Shown here in pieces: positions 31,081-41,322 of a DNA stretch of 64,000 nt (position 1 is its first letter; each line of letters opens with the position of its first letter). A model generated the notes under the pieces. It made no database searches. It was not told where the DNA came from and was given only the letters and a program-made list of their open reading frames with translations. The DNA lies in contig NIUT01000134.1 of assembly GCA_002254365.1 (NCBI GenBank), positions 3,252 through 67,251 of the forward strand, in the 5' to 3' direction. This DNA comes from Nitrospira sp. UW-LDO-01 (GTDB taxonomy: Bacteria; Nitrospirota; Nitrospiria; Nitrospirales; Nitrospiraceae). Made by a program: the position numbers and the translations under genes.

Positions 31081-31941
31081 ATGGAGGGAAAAGGATTGAG
31101 GGATAGGATGAGTATCGGACGTACGTCGTCATGGCCCGATCTTTTGCGAGCTTCCATCGGCCATGCCATGGGCCAGCCCCTCTATCAGCTGTTCAGCCTT
31201 GCTCCAGACTGGGAATTTGGTCTCTCCGACTATGAGGTGACACGACATACCCATATGCATGGGTTGCTTGCCGGGCATCGTGCCGTCCATCTCACCGACC
31301 TGCACATCGATCGATATTGTCTGCGTCATGATCGTATTGTCCAGAACACCGGCGATCTCAGACCGGACTGGATTGTCATCACCGGCGACCTGCTCAATGT
31401 ACCAGAAGGGCTGCCGCACCTGTTCCGGTTTCTTGGCCGTCTTCGCGACATTGCGCCAGTGTATATGACTCTGGGCAATCACGATCATTACAGCGGTGTG
31501 TCGGTGACAGAGTATGCCGAATTGGCTGACCGGCACAAGATTACATTGTTGGTGAACCAGAGTGCGGTTGTCTCAGTAGCAGGAGGAGAGTTGGTGATTG
31601 TCGGTGTCGATGATCCTTCCCTCCACCGGGCAGATCTGCGATGTCTGCCAACTCGCGCGGACCATCGCTTTACGCTGCTGCTGGCCCATGCACCGAATAT
31701 CCTCGATCAAGTTGAGCCGCACCATGCCATCGATTTGATCTTGTGCGGGCACAGTCACGGTGGGCAGTGGCGGGTACCGGGAGTTCCAATCTTCTGGCTC
31801 CCGCCGGGATGTGGCGGCCGGGTTGCAGGCTGGCATCGGTCTGGTGTCCACAGGCTGTACGTCAATCGAGGACTCGGGTGGTCCTTTCTTCCCTTTCGAT
31901 GGAACTGCCGGCCAGAAATCGCCCTCATCGAGTGGGTGTAG
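31081..31941 (+). CDS. Metallophosphoesterase (YkuE-like)
   Basis: TDLH, TGD, LGNHDH, LAH, GHSHGGQ. Confidence 0.9.
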   Translation: MEGKGLRDRMSIGRTSSWPDLLRASIGHAMGQPLYQLFSLAPDWEFGLSDYEVTRHTHMHGLLAGHRAVHLTDLHIDRYCLRHDRIVQNTGDLRPDWIVITGDLLNVPEGLPHLFRFLGRLRDIAPVYMTLGNHDHYSGVSVTEYAELADRHKITLLVNQSAVVSVAGGELVIVGVDDPSLHRADLRCLPTRADHRFTLLLAHAPNILDQVEPHHAIDLILCGHSHGGQWRVPGVPIFWLPPGCGGRVAGWHRSGVHRLYVNRGLGWSFLPFRWNCRPEIALIEWV

Positions 31942-32003
31942 GCATAGACAGATCTCCGAGCAACATTGCCGACCCAGTGTCGTGAATGTCTATTGGCGTG
32001 ATG

Positions 32004-32711
32004 TTAGGACCGCATCTGTTCCAGCGCTTCCCTCGCCCGGCTTCTGACAGTTTGATCCCAATCGTGCTCCATCGCTGTTTTTAAACGCTCACGCGCTTCC
32101 GTTGCACGTAATCGCCCAAGCCCCAACGCAGCGCAGGCACGCACGTAGGCATGGTCGTCGTCCAAGGCCGTCATCAGGAGATGGATCACTGACCGATCTT
32201 GCAACGCACCAAGATGGCTGGCTGCCATGCCACGGATGCGATGCTGTTTGTCGCCCAATGCTCGTTCTAAGGTCGTGGCGAAGAGTTCCCTGAGCGCAGG
32301 AACCACCGAATCCAGTCCATCGATTTGATAGTCATTATTCTCCAGTAGGGCAAAGGCCAGATCCAGTCGCTTCTCCGGTGCCGTGGCTCGTTCAAACAGT
32401 CCCAACAGTCGACTTCGTTCTTTCGATCTGGCGCGTCGGCGATGAAACGACTTCATCGGAATGAACAATAGGAGGGCTATTACAAAGCCGATTGCCGCCA
32501 TCGGCACGGCCTGATCAACCAGGTAGTCTTGTGTCTCGAGCGAAAGCCGTTTCCAGACCCAGACACCTGTGATGAGGCAGATGATGAGAATGACGAGGAG
32601 CGCGGGATTCACCTGCCCCTGCTCGCGAGGCTGCATGTTGATCATGGGGGAAAGATCATACGGGTGTACGGAAGGGGTCGTCAACGAAGCGGCGCTGAGC
32701 TGACGCCGCAT
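32004..32711 (-). CDS. Membrane-anchored HEAT-repeat protein
   Basis: Two TMs followed by HEAT/PBS repeats (VRACAALGLG, VRSRAREAL); start uncertain. Confidence 0.8.
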   Translation of the reverse strand: MRRQLSAASLTTPSVHPYDLSPMINMQPREQGQVNPALLVILIICLITGVWVWKRLSLETQDYLVDQAVPMAAIGFVIALLLFIPMKSFHRRRARSKERSRLLGLFERATAPEKRLDLAFALLENNDYQIDGLDSVVPALRELFATTLERALGDKQHRIRGMAASHLGALQDRSVIHLLMTALDDDHAYVRACAALGLGRLRATEARERLKTAMEHDWDQTVRSRAREALEQMRS

Positions 32712-32751
32712 GCCTTCGCGTCAGCTCAGGTTGGGTCCATCAGCGCTGTAA

Positions 32752-32781
32752 TTGACAGACTGTTGCGGCAATAGCCATACT
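32752..32781 (+). promoter_or_regulatory. Possible sigma-70 promoter
   Basis: TTGACA-N18-CATACT, 35 nt before ATG 32817. Confidence 0.45.
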
Positions 32782-32816
32782 CGGGCCATTCATCGTCGGT
32801 GCGGTTTATCAGGATT

Positions 32817-34901
32817 ATGGAAACTGTTTTTCAGAGCAGCTCCATCCGACGAGTCATGGTCGGGACCGACCGTTCCAAGACGGCGGATCAGGCCGTACGA
32901 TGGGCCGCGCAATTCGCCGAGCGATACGGCGCCGAGCTGTTCGTTGTGCAGGTCATCCAGCCGCAGCATCCCGCCACAACAGAATTCGGCGCCGCCGAAC
33001 TTACAAAGGTTGCCACAGCCCATGATGAGCTCACCCAGTTCGTACGTCAGATCGCCGGGGAGCGAGGGCATTCCTCTGCCGTCATGGATGGGAAGCCGGC
33101 ATCGGCCATTCTACGGGCCGCCGAGCGGGAAGCCGTCGATATTTTGGTGGTCGGTAATTCGGGAATGGCCGGCCGAAAGCAATTTCTGCTCGGCAATGTA
33201 CCCAACCAGATCAGTCACAATGCCCGATGCACCGTCGTGATCGTGAATACGCAATCGGTGGACGGCGAGTCTGGTGCCGAAGTCATGGGCGCTTCACAGT
33301 CTCAGGTCGAGTCTCACGATGCGGAGCCCCATCTGGGATCGCGTGCCGCGCACATTGCAACCGTGATGGCGAAGCATGGCCTGAAAGAACTATTAGGCCG
33401 GTCGGGTGAAACCGATGTGTCCGTTCGCCGACAGCAAGCCAAACGATTGCGATCGGCGATGGAGGAGCTGGGACCGACATTTTCAAAGCTTGGTCAAGTG
33501 TTGTCGACTCGCCCTGATCTTCTTCCCTCGGAATACATCGAAGAGCTCACCCTGTTGCAGAGTCATGTGCCTCCGATGCCTGAGTCCGAAGTCGTTCGGG
33601 TGGCTGAACAAGAATTGGGGGTGCCGTGGGAGGACGTGTTCGAGTCGATCGATCCGAAACCGCTTGCTGCCGGGACCATCGCGCAAGTCCACCGAGCGAC
33701 CCTTGAAAACGGAGACCGTGTGGTTATGAAGGTCCAGCGTCCGACCGCGCGGGGCGACATTGAGCAGGATCTTGCCCTGCTGGAAATATTTGCGCAGAAG
33801 GTCGGGACGCGTCCCGCCCTCAATCAAGTGGTGAATATGGAGGCGGTGTTTAAGCATCTTTCCACCTCGCTTCACCGCGAACTGGACTTTCGGCAAGAAA
33901 TCGAAAACATCGATCGGATGAGAACGGTCCTCGCCGACTACAGTCACCTGGCCGTCCCGTCGGTGCATCACACTCTGTCGACTGCGCGCTTCCTAGTGAT
34001 GGAGGAAATCCAAGGGGGATCGATCGCGCGAGCCCCGGAGGGGCCTGCGCGTGTCGAAGCCGCCCGCCAGCTCTTGGAAAGCTATTACAAGCAGGTCATG
34101 GTCGACGGATTTTTTCATGCCGATCCCCACCCGGGCAATCTCATGTGGTGGAAGGATCGCATTTATATTCTTGATTTCGGGATGGTCGGGGCGCTCGATG
34201 CCGATGTGCGTGAGCATTTGCTGTTGTTGTTGATGGCTTTGTGGCGGGAAGATGTTGATTTTCTTAGCGATGTCACGCTGATGATGACGGGTTCTCTCGA
34301 CCGCAGCGATCTGGACGTGCCTCGGTTCAAACGCGAGATCGGCGAAGTCATGGCAAAGTATCGCAAGGCGGCGCTGGCAGACATGCAGATCGGGCCGCTT
34401 CTTCAAGAAATGAGCGCGATCGGATTCCGGCATGGCGTTCCGCTGCCGGCGGCGCTGACGCTTGCGGCCAAGGCCCTAGCCCAGGTGCAACTGGCGACCG
34501 CAGATCTCGATCCAAAGGTTGATCCCTACGAAGTGGCAGGCAAGTTTTTGATGCGCGTGACGCTGAAGCGCATGGGAGCTTCTCTCGATCCTAAAACGCT
34601 CATGTATCAGTCGCAGAAGTTGAAAGTACGAGTTGAGCGTGTCATCGAAGCCATCGAGCATCTGATCGGTGCTCGCCCAGGTCAAAAGCTGGTCGTTAAT
34701 TTTAAAGCCAATTCACTCGAAGACATGATTCGCCTTACGGGGCGGCGCCTTGCCTTAGGCCTGACCGCTGCGGCGAGCATCATCGCCAGCGGACTGACGG
34801 CGACCTCAGCAACAGCTTCGGATTGGGTCTCAGTCTCGTTCGGGATCGTGGCGGGTCTGCTGATTGTCGGATTAATTCTCGATCTGATGCGCGGGCGCTG
34901 A
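32817..34901 (+). CDS. Universal stress protein domain fused to ABC1/UbiB (AarF) atypical kinase
   Basis: N-terminal VMVGTDRS...ILVVGNSG...LLGNVP USP; ELGPTFSKLGQVLSTRPD, AAGTIAQVH, VMKVQRP, FFHADPHPGN, ILDFGMVG; two C-terminal TMs. Confidence 0.9.
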   Translation: METVFQSSSIRRVMVGTDRSKTADQAVRWAAQFAERYGAELFVVQVIQPQHPATTEFGAAELTKVATAHDELTQFVRQIAGERGHSSAVMDGKPASAILRAAEREAVDILVVGNSGMAGRKQFLLGNVPNQISHNARCTVVIVNTQSVDGESGAEVMGASQSQVESHDAEPHLGSRAAHIATVMAKHGLKELLGRSGETDVSVRRQQAKRLRSAMEELGPTFSKLGQVLSTRPDLLPSEYIEELTLLQSHVPPMPESEVVRVAEQELGVPWEDVFESIDPKPLAAGTIAQVHRATLENGDRVVMKVQRPTARGDIEQDLALLEIFAQKVGTRPALNQVVNMEAVFKHLSTSLHRELDFRQEIENIDRMRTVLADYSHLAVPSVHHTLSTARFLVMEEIQGGSIARAPEGPARVEAARQLLESYYKQVMVDGFFHADPHPGNLMWWKDRIYILDFGMVGALDADVREHLLLLLMALWREDVDFLSDVTLMMTGSLDRSDLDVPRFKREIGEVMAKYRKAALADMQIGPLLQEMSAIGFRHGVPLPAALTLAAKALAQVQLATADLDPKVDPYEVAGKFLMRVTLKRMGASLDPKTLMYQSQKLKVRVERVIEAIEHLIGARPGQKLVVNFKANSLEDMIRLTGRRLALGLTAAASIIASGLTATSATASDWVSVSFGIVAGLLIVGLILDLMRGR

Positions 34902-34934
34902 ACTCGAGTCGTTCCTACGAACTATTTGTCAGGA

Positions 34935-35132
34935 TCAAGGTTTTGCGCTGCCGTTCTTGAGCGAACGTAGGATTGCTTTCTCAAGCAAATAGGCGATCAC
35001 CGACATTCCGACTGCAATAATCCGATGCTCAATGTGTCGCATAAGAGTGTGATAGCGAGACTTCGGCTGGTCGTTTCTCATATCCTTATTATCAATGAAG
35101 GTCACACCGGCTGCAATAGAGACATGGTCCAT
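34935..35132 (-). CDS. Small hypothetical protein
   Basis: 65-aa ORF with a hydrophobic helix (IIAVGMSVIAYLLEKAILR); start uncertain. Confidence 0.45.
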   Translation of the reverse strand: MDHVSIAAGVTFIDNKDMRNDQPKSRYHTLMRHIEHRIIAVGMSVIAYLLEKAILRSLKNGSAKP

Positions 35133-35182
35133 CTCACGGGCCTCATCGATTCAGACGTGGATACCCGTCTGAGACGGAGTTG

Positions 35183-38100
35183 ATGGTGGATGATCGCGTC
35201 TCAGCCTGGCTCGACAGCCTTGGTCTCGATCGCTATCAGGATGCGTTCCAGCAGAATGCCATTACGTGGGATGTGTTGCCTGAGCTGACCGACGAGGACT
35301 TGACGTCCTTGGGTGTGCTCCTGGGCCATCGGAAAAAGCTCCTGCGTGCGATCGGAGAGTTGTCGCAACGCAGCGGGATTGAGCACGCGCAGTCTCCAGC
35401 CATTCCCGCGTCTACCGCACTCACGCCGTCGACTTCCGGTCGCGATCACGCAGAGCGACGACAGTTGACTGTCATGTTTTGTGATCTTGTCGGATCTACC
35501 GCACTGGCTCGCCGGTTAGACCCCGAAGACGTGCAAGAAATTATCCGACGGTTTTTGGATGCCTGTGGTCAAGCGGTTGGGCGGTTCAACGGGTATGTCG
35601 CAAAATATATGGGTGATGGACTGTTGGTGTACTTCGGATATCCGCATGCGCACGAGCATGACGCAGAACGAGCAATCCATGCCGGCCTGGCGATACTAGA
35701 TTTGGTGAGGACCTTTCCCCGAGAGCATGCTTTGTCTCAGGAATCTGCAGTTGCCGTACGAGTCGGAATAGCAACGGGGAAAGTGATTGTTGGGGAACTT
35801 ATCGGGCAAGAAGCGGCCAAGGAACGGTCGGTGTTTGGTGAAACGCCGAATCTGGCCTCCCGGCTTCAGAGTCTGGCCGCGCCCAACCAATTAGTCGTGG
35901 ATTCGGTCACGAAGAGGCTTGTCGGCAATGAGTTCGAGTTCGTGGACAGTGGAAGCGTGCCTCTCAAGGGGTTCGACACGCCGATCCAAGTCTGGGGGGT
36001 TCTTGGTACGAAGGCATCGAGCAGTCGATTCGAGTCTTTCCGATCCGGGCGAGTGGCTGGTTTTATCGGGAGAGAACATGAATCTTCGCTTCTCTTAGGG
36101 CGCTGGCAAGAGGCCGTCAGTGGTGAGGGACAGGTGGTGCTCCTAGGCGGAGAGGCCGGCATCGGAAAGTCGTGCCTTGCCGTTCATCTGCGCGACCAAC
36201 TGGGCAGGGAGGATAGTCAGACGGTTCAACTGCAGTGTTCGCCGTATCATACGAATACGGTGTTGCACCCCGTGATCCATTGTCTCCGACAGGCGATAGC
36301 GCTGGCGCGTGAGGACGATGCTGATACACAGCGGGAGAAACTCGACACCTTCGCCAGCAGCATCGGAATCGAGAGCCAGACCACGGTAGCGTTGCTGGCG
36401 GAACTCCTCTCTATTCCTGGAGATGCGCAGCATCCGCTCCTGACGATGTCATCGGACAAACGGAAAGACCTGACCCTTGAAGTGCTTGTGCAACAAATCC
36501 AAAGGCTGGCCGATCGTTGCCCGACACTCTTCATTGTGGAAGATGCCCATTGGCTCGATCCGACAACGAAGGATCTTCTGACGCGAGTCATCGACCGCAT
36601 TCAGCGTATGCGCGTGCTATTGCTGATCACCTTTCGGCCCGACTTCAAGCCAGTGTGGGGTGAATATGGCCATGTCACGTTTCTGACGTTGAATCGACTT
36701 CCCCGCAGGCAAAGCGCCGAGCTGCTCTCATCGATGACCGGCGGAAGAGTGCTTCCGCCGGAAGTGCAGCAGGCCATCCTGGCGAAGGCCGATGGGGTAC
36801 CGCTCTATATCGAAGCCTTGACGGAGAACTTGCTTGAAAGGGGATCGCTAGGTGAAGGGGCAGACTCCTTTGCGTTGAGGGCTCCATTAAAGGAACTGAA
36901 CATTCCGGACAGCCTTCAAGCGTTGCTCATGGAGAGGATCGACCGATTGGGATCGGCCAAGGAGATCATCCAAATCGGATCTGCAATCGGGCGGGAGTTT
37001 AGCTACGAACTATTACAAGAGACCGTTGAGCTCACTGAGAGTGAATTAAAGAACGCGCTTCATCTGCTGATCGCATCAGGGCTCATTTTTCATGAGGGTG
37101 AAATCGCGAACGCCAAGTTCTTTTTTAAACATGCCCTCATTCAAGACGCGGCGTATAACACATTGTCAAAAAAATCTCGTCGCGTCCTCCATACTCGGAT
37201 TGCAAAGACGCTGGAGAATAAGTTCGCAGATCGGGTCAAAACGGAACCTGAGTTACTGGCGCATCATTTTGAGCAGGCAGGATTGGTAGCGATAGCCGTT
37301 GTCTATTGGCGCCTTGCGGCACAACGAGATGTTGCCCGATCTGCCAATATCGAAGCACTCAGTCACTTCGATCGTGCCCTCTATGTGCTCAAGGATCTTC
37401 CCGGTGGACCTGAGCGGGACCACTTAGAATTGGATCTCCTGATTGCACGTGGAGTCCCATTGCAATCGCTAAAAGGGTATGCCTCCGACGACATTGAGCA
37501 CAATTATTCACGAGCCAGAACGCTCTCACAAGAGAATCCGAGTTCCGAGCAATATTTCCTCTCGCTGTGGGGGGTATGGGTGTTTCATCTTGTGAGAGGA
37601 CCTCTTGCCAAGGCCTGCGATCTGGCCGCAGGTCTTCTCTCATGGGCCACTCACCATGGGAACACCGATTTATTGATTCGAGCTCATGAAAGTGTGGGGT
37701 CGACGTATTTGTTCCTTGGTCGGTTTCAGGAGGCCAAGACGCATTTGCTTTCGGCCAAGTCTCTCTGCGATCCACAAAGGCATCACTCCCAGGCCTTGCC
37801 CTATACCCAAGACCCCGGTATCACCGCGCGGATCATGTTGGCACGAGTCTTCTGGCTGTTGGGCGAGCTTGATCAGGTTGAAGTGCTGGTAGCAGAGGCT
37901 ATCGCAATGGCAAGAGAACTAGAGCATCCATTCACAATGGCCTTTACGTTAGCGACTGCTTCATGGATCTATTCAACTTTCCGCAACGTTCAACGAACAC
38001 TCCTTCTTACCGAAGAAGCTGTTGAGTTATCGACGAAATATTCGTTTGAGGTGCCGTTGGCATGGGCGATGTCCTTTCAAGGCTGGGCTCTGGCCGAACA

Positions 38101-38587
38101 GGGAAGGGAAAATGGAATCGAACGCTTGGTGGAAGGACTCTCCGCAGCGCAGAGAGCCAAAGCGAGTCTCAACCATACGTATACCTTGGCACTACTTGCC
38201 GAGAACCATTTACGGAATCGGCAGCTTGCCGACGGTTTACTGGCCATCCAGCAGGCACAGGAACTTGCTGCTACCCAAGGAGAACTCTGTTGGCAAGCGG
38301 AACTGTTTCGGTTGAAAGGCGAATTGTTGTTGGCGCAATCCGACCAATCAATTGGTGCGGCGGAGCAGTGCTTTTCCGAAGCTCTGACGATTGCTCAAAA
38401 CCAGCATGCAAAGATGTTGGAACTTCGAGCCGCCGTCAGTATGGCGAAGCTCTTGCGGAAGCAGGGCAAATCGGATACTGCTAGAGGTATCTTAGCATCC
38501 GTCCACTGCAAGATTAGTGGACAAGGATCCAACCCTGATTTGATTGAAGCACAACATGTCATTGAGCAGCTGAATGTGGACTCTTAA
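35183..38587 (+). CDS. SAM + class III nucleotidyl cyclase + STAND/AAA ATPase + TPR protein
   Basis: WLDSLGLDRY SAM; MFCDLVGST, KYMGDG, GETPNLASRLQ cyclase; GEAGIGKS Walker A, VEDAHW Walker B; C-terminal TPRs. Confidence 0.92.
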   Translation: MVDDRVSAWLDSLGLDRYQDAFQQNAITWDVLPELTDEDLTSLGVLLGHRKKLLRAIGELSQRSGIEHAQSPAIPASTALTPSTSGRDHAERRQLTVMFCDLVGSTALARRLDPEDVQEIIRRFLDACGQAVGRFNGYVAKYMGDGLLVYFGYPHAHEHDAERAIHAGLAILDLVRTFPREHALSQESAVAVRVGIATGKVIVGELIGQEAAKERSVFGETPNLASRLQSLAAPNQLVVDSVTKRLVGNEFEFVDSGSVPLKGFDTPIQVWGVLGTKASSSRFESFRSGRVAGFIGREHESSLLLGRWQEAVSGEGQVVLLGGEAGIGKSCLAVHLRDQLGREDSQTVQLQCSPYHTNTVLHPVIHCLRQAIALAREDDADTQREKLDTFASSIGIESQTTVALLAELLSIPGDAQHPLLTMSSDKRKDLTLEVLVQQIQRLADRCPTLFIVEDAHWLDPTTKDLLTRVIDRIQRMRVLLLITFRPDFKPVWGEYGHVTFLTLNRLPRRQSAELLSSMTGGRVLPPEVQQAILAKADGVPLYIEALTENLLERGSLGEGADSFALRAPLKELNIPDSLQALLMERIDRLGSAKEIIQIGSAIGREFSYELLQETVELTESELKNALHLLIASGLIFHEGEIANAKFFFKHALIQDAAYNTLSKKSRRVLHTRIAKTLENKFADRVKTEPELLAHHFEQAGLVAIAVVYWRLAAQRDVARSANIEALSHFDRALYVLKDLPGGPERDHLELDLLIARGVPLQSLKGYASDDIEHNYSRARTLSQENPSSEQYFLSLWGVWVFHLVRGPLAKACDLAAGLLSWATHHGNTDLLIRAHESVGSTYLFLGRFQEAKTHLLSAKSLCDPQRHHSQALPYTQDPGITARIMLARVFWLLGELDQVEVLVAEAIAMARELEHPFTMAFTLATASWIYSTFRNVQRTLLLTEEAVELSTKYSFEVPLAWAMSFQGWALAEQGRENGIERLVEGLSAAQRAKASLNHTYTLALLAENHLRNRQLADGLLAIQQAQELAATQGELCWQAELFRLKGELLLAQSDQSIGAAEQCFSEALTIAQNQHAKMLELRAAVSMAKLLRKQGKSDTARGILASVHCKISGQGSNPDLIEAQHVIEQLNVDS

Positions 38588-38611
38588 CCGTATGGCTCAC
38601 AGGTTAGACCG

Positions 38612-39367
38612 ATGCGCTTGACGATTCTTGGTTCTGGAACCAACGTCCATCCTACGCGTGCCGCAGCCGGGTATCTGGTGCGCACGGATCAATCACTCAT
38701 CCTAGATTTCGGCCCACGCACGTTGATGAATCTGATCAAATCCGGGGTGAACCGGCACAAGATCACCCACATCTTGTTCTCCCATTTTCACGCCGACCAC
38801 TTCTCCGACTTCATCACTTTCTTTTTCGACGCGGTCATCTATGCCAAATATGGAGGCGGGCATCGGCCTGGGATGACCCTGATCGGTCCTAAGGGTACGA
38901 TCCGACTCTTACGGACGATCATGCAGAGCTTTCCCAGCTTTTCATCGGCCCCCTTCACCGTCACCTTCAAGGAAGTCTCTGCGAAACCCTTCTCGATCGG
39001 GAGCACTCGCATCACTCCCAAACTCATGGACCATGTGCCGGATCTTACGGCGGTTGGGTATCGAATCGAATACCGTGGGAAATCAGTCGTCTATTCGGGA
39101 GATACGCAGTACTGCGATGCCGTGATCTCACTCTGTAAAGATGCCGATCTTGCCGTGCTCGATTGCTCGTTCCCAGCTAATCGCCCAGGGGCCGCTCATC
39201 TGCACGCTGGACAGTGCGGGCAGGTGGCGAAGGAGGCCGGAGTGGGGCAACTTGTCCTCTCGCATTTTTACCCGCTTGCGGACCGCTACGATGTCAAAGC
39301 TCAGGCTGGTGAGGAGTACCACGGCAAGATTTGGAAGGGAAAGGATCTCCTCACGATTAAGCTTTAG
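38612..39367 (+). CDS. MBL-fold metallo-hydrolase (RNase Z/BN-like)
   Basis: LTILGSG, SHFHADH (HxHxDH), YSGDT, LVLSHFY. Confidence 0.9.
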   Translation: MRLTILGSGTNVHPTRAAAGYLVRTDQSLILDFGPRTLMNLIKSGVNRHKITHILFSHFHADHFSDFITFFFDAVIYAKYGGGHRPGMTLIGPKGTIRLLRTIMQSFPSFSSAPFTVTFKEVSAKPFSIGSTRITPKLMDHVPDLTAVGYRIEYRGKSVVYSGDTQYCDAVISLCKDADLAVLDCSFPANRPGAAHLHAGQCGQVAKEAGVGQLVLSHFYPLADRYDVKAQAGEEYHGKIWKGKDLLTIKL

Positions 39368-39443
39368 CAGGTTGGTGGAAAGCTTTGTGGGCGTGCTGGG
39401 ATGGACTGATCAGCTTATCTGAATGTCAGACGAGTGTTTCCTA

Positions 39444-39565
39444 CAGGCTGTTCAAAAAGGCTGTCCAGCAAGACAGCAGCGAGTGTAGTGGCGAGGCGTA
39501 CGCTTCAGTGGGGAGAGTCGCTGAGCGATGCGAGAACGTAGCGGGCGAAATTTTTCAGCAGTCTG
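39444..39565. mobile_element. 122-bp MITE-like element, copy 1
   Basis: TIRs CAGGCTGTTCAAAAA / TTTTTCAGCAGTCTG; its reverse complement aligns with 41323-41444; abuts the stop codon at 39566-39568. Confidence 0.75.
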
Positions 39566-40435
39566 TTACAGGCCTTCTTCGCGGGGCGCGCCGCCAAGGA
39601 TCTCAATGAACTTGGTCAAACGAGTGATCTTCACGGAGTCGTCGGCCTTGGCGTAAATGGCCAAGAGGTTTTTGAGCATGCGTGACAAAATCGCCCGAAC
39701 CTGACTTTTTTCGAGATATTTCTCTTCAAACCCGTACCCAGCCTCAGTGAGGAACCGCGCGCAGTTTTTTTCCGTCAGCAGGGCTCCCCCGTTGAAGCAG
39801 TCGATGAAGATGTTGTACCGGTCGGACTCGTACTTCACCAAGAAATGTCCCGGCATACCGATGCCGAAGAGCGGAAAGGCAAGCCGTTTCCCGATGAGAA
39901 GGTAGACAACCGACAGACTGATTGGGATCCCGACTCGTCGGTCCATGACGCAGTTGAGATAGCTGTTTTCAACCTCGTAATAGTTCTTGGTGTTGCCTTT
40001 AAATCCTTGCTCTGTGAACAAATAACGGTTAAGGGCGTTGACGGCCTCTTCCCCGGAGGCCCGCTGGCCGATACGGGCTCGAACTTCAGCAGCCATGGTA
40101 TCCAATTGGTCATGATAGCGGGCTACGTCCAGCGCCGGATAGGCGTAGCGTGCGATCAGAAACGCACCAGTTTCAAGACTCATGGCCTCATCCGGCAGGG
40201 CAGCCAGCTCCGTCAGTTCTTCCTCCAGCTTGCCTCCTCGAATTTCCTCGAGAACGGACGCAATGCGGTCGGCCATTTCAGGCTGTTCAATTTCCGCTTC
40301 TTGGAGAAGGGGGACGGCTGAAGGACCGATATCAATCAGTCTTCCGCTGATGGTACGGACGATGCGGTCGTCTTCATCAGAGAGAAGGCGAATCAAGGCA
40401 CGTATCTGACTTTCCGGGATCATCATGTCACGCAT
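39566..40435 (-). CDS. SirB1/transglutaminase-like domain protein with N-terminal HEAT-like segment
   Basis: FKGNTKNYYEVENSYL, GIPISLS, GMPGHFLV, IDCFNGG, ILSRMLKNL. Confidence 0.85.
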   Translation of the reverse strand: MRDMMIPESQIRALIRLLSDEDDRIVRTISGRLIDIGPSAVPLLQEAEIEQPEMADRIASVLEEIRGGKLEEELTELAALPDEAMSLETGAFLIARYAYPALDVARYHDQLDTMAAEVRARIGQRASGEEAVNALNRYLFTEQGFKGNTKNYYEVENSYLNCVMDRRVGIPISLSVVYLLIGKRLAFPLFGIGMPGHFLVKYESDRYNIFIDCFNGGALLTEKNCARFLTEAGYGFEEKYLEKSQVRAILSRMLKNLLAIYAKADDSVKITRLTKFIEILGGAPREEGL

Positions 40436-40528
40436 AGAGTCGGTCACAGCCCTGCCGACTGACACCGATACCGTTATCATCCGACGGATTACGGCCTCAG
40501 TCAAGAGATCAGGGTATCATCGGTGGGA

Positions 40529-41308
40529 TTATCCCATGGCTCGCCGGAACGCTTTGGCTCCGCCATAGAGACAGAGGGCATCGAATACGAGCATGACCAG
40601 AATCACCATACCGACGTGCGGCAAGGCTTCGGTCCAACCTGACAAGATCAACGGGCGTACGGCATCGATCGCCCAGGTCATCGGGTTGAATTGGGCAAGA
40701 AAGCTCATCCAGCCGGGCATGGCGTTGAGCGGCACCAGCGCAGAGCTGAGGAAAATCATGGGCAGCGACAGAAATCCTAGGACGGAAAAGAAATCCCCGT
40801 GACTCTTCACGGAGAAGGCCATCGCCATGGAAATGGCCGTCAAGCCGACGCCGAACATCATGCCAATCAACAGAATTGTCGCGACGCCAAGGATCCCGGT
40901 TGCCGGATGGACGCCGAAAAGGTACGACACACCGAGAATCACGAGGACCTGCATGGACGTAATCGCCATGACGAAGATGAACCGGCTGAGAATGACGGAG
41001 GTGCGATGGATGGGCGTGGACATCAACCGCTCAAGGAACCCGTTTTCCTTATCGAACAGCAGATCGACCCCACCGGCCAAGCCGTTGTTCAGGACGGTCA
41101 TGATGACGACACCGGCAGCAAGGAAGCTGATGTAGTTGGGCGCCTGCATAACCTGGGTGTCCGCAGCCCGCTGAAAGAGATTGCCGAAGAAGATGAGCCA
41201 AAACAACATCGGCTGCACCAGCGTGAACAGCATGCTGAATTTTTCTCGGCTGAGCCGACGGACCCATCGCATGGTCAATGCGTTGATTTCTTGCCAATAG
41301 TGCTCCAC
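40529..41308 (-). CDS. ABC-2 type transporter permease (DrrB-like)
   Basis: QPMLFWLIFFG, GFLERLMSTP, LSSALVP, NPMTWAIDA. Confidence 0.92.
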   Translation of the reverse strand: MEHYWQEINALTMRWVRRLSREKFSMLFTLVQPMLFWLIFFGNLFQRAADTQVMQAPNYISFLAAGVVIMTVLNNGLAGGVDLLFDKENGFLERLMSTPIHRTSVILSRFIFVMAITSMQVLVILGVSYLFGVHPATGILGVATILLIGMMFGVGLTAISMAMAFSVKSHGDFFSVLGFLSLPMIFLSSALVPLNAMPGWMSFLAQFNPMTWAIDAVRPLILSGWTEALPHVGMVILVMLVFDALCLYGGAKAFRRAMG

Positions 41309-41322
41309 GTGACTCCTTCTAG

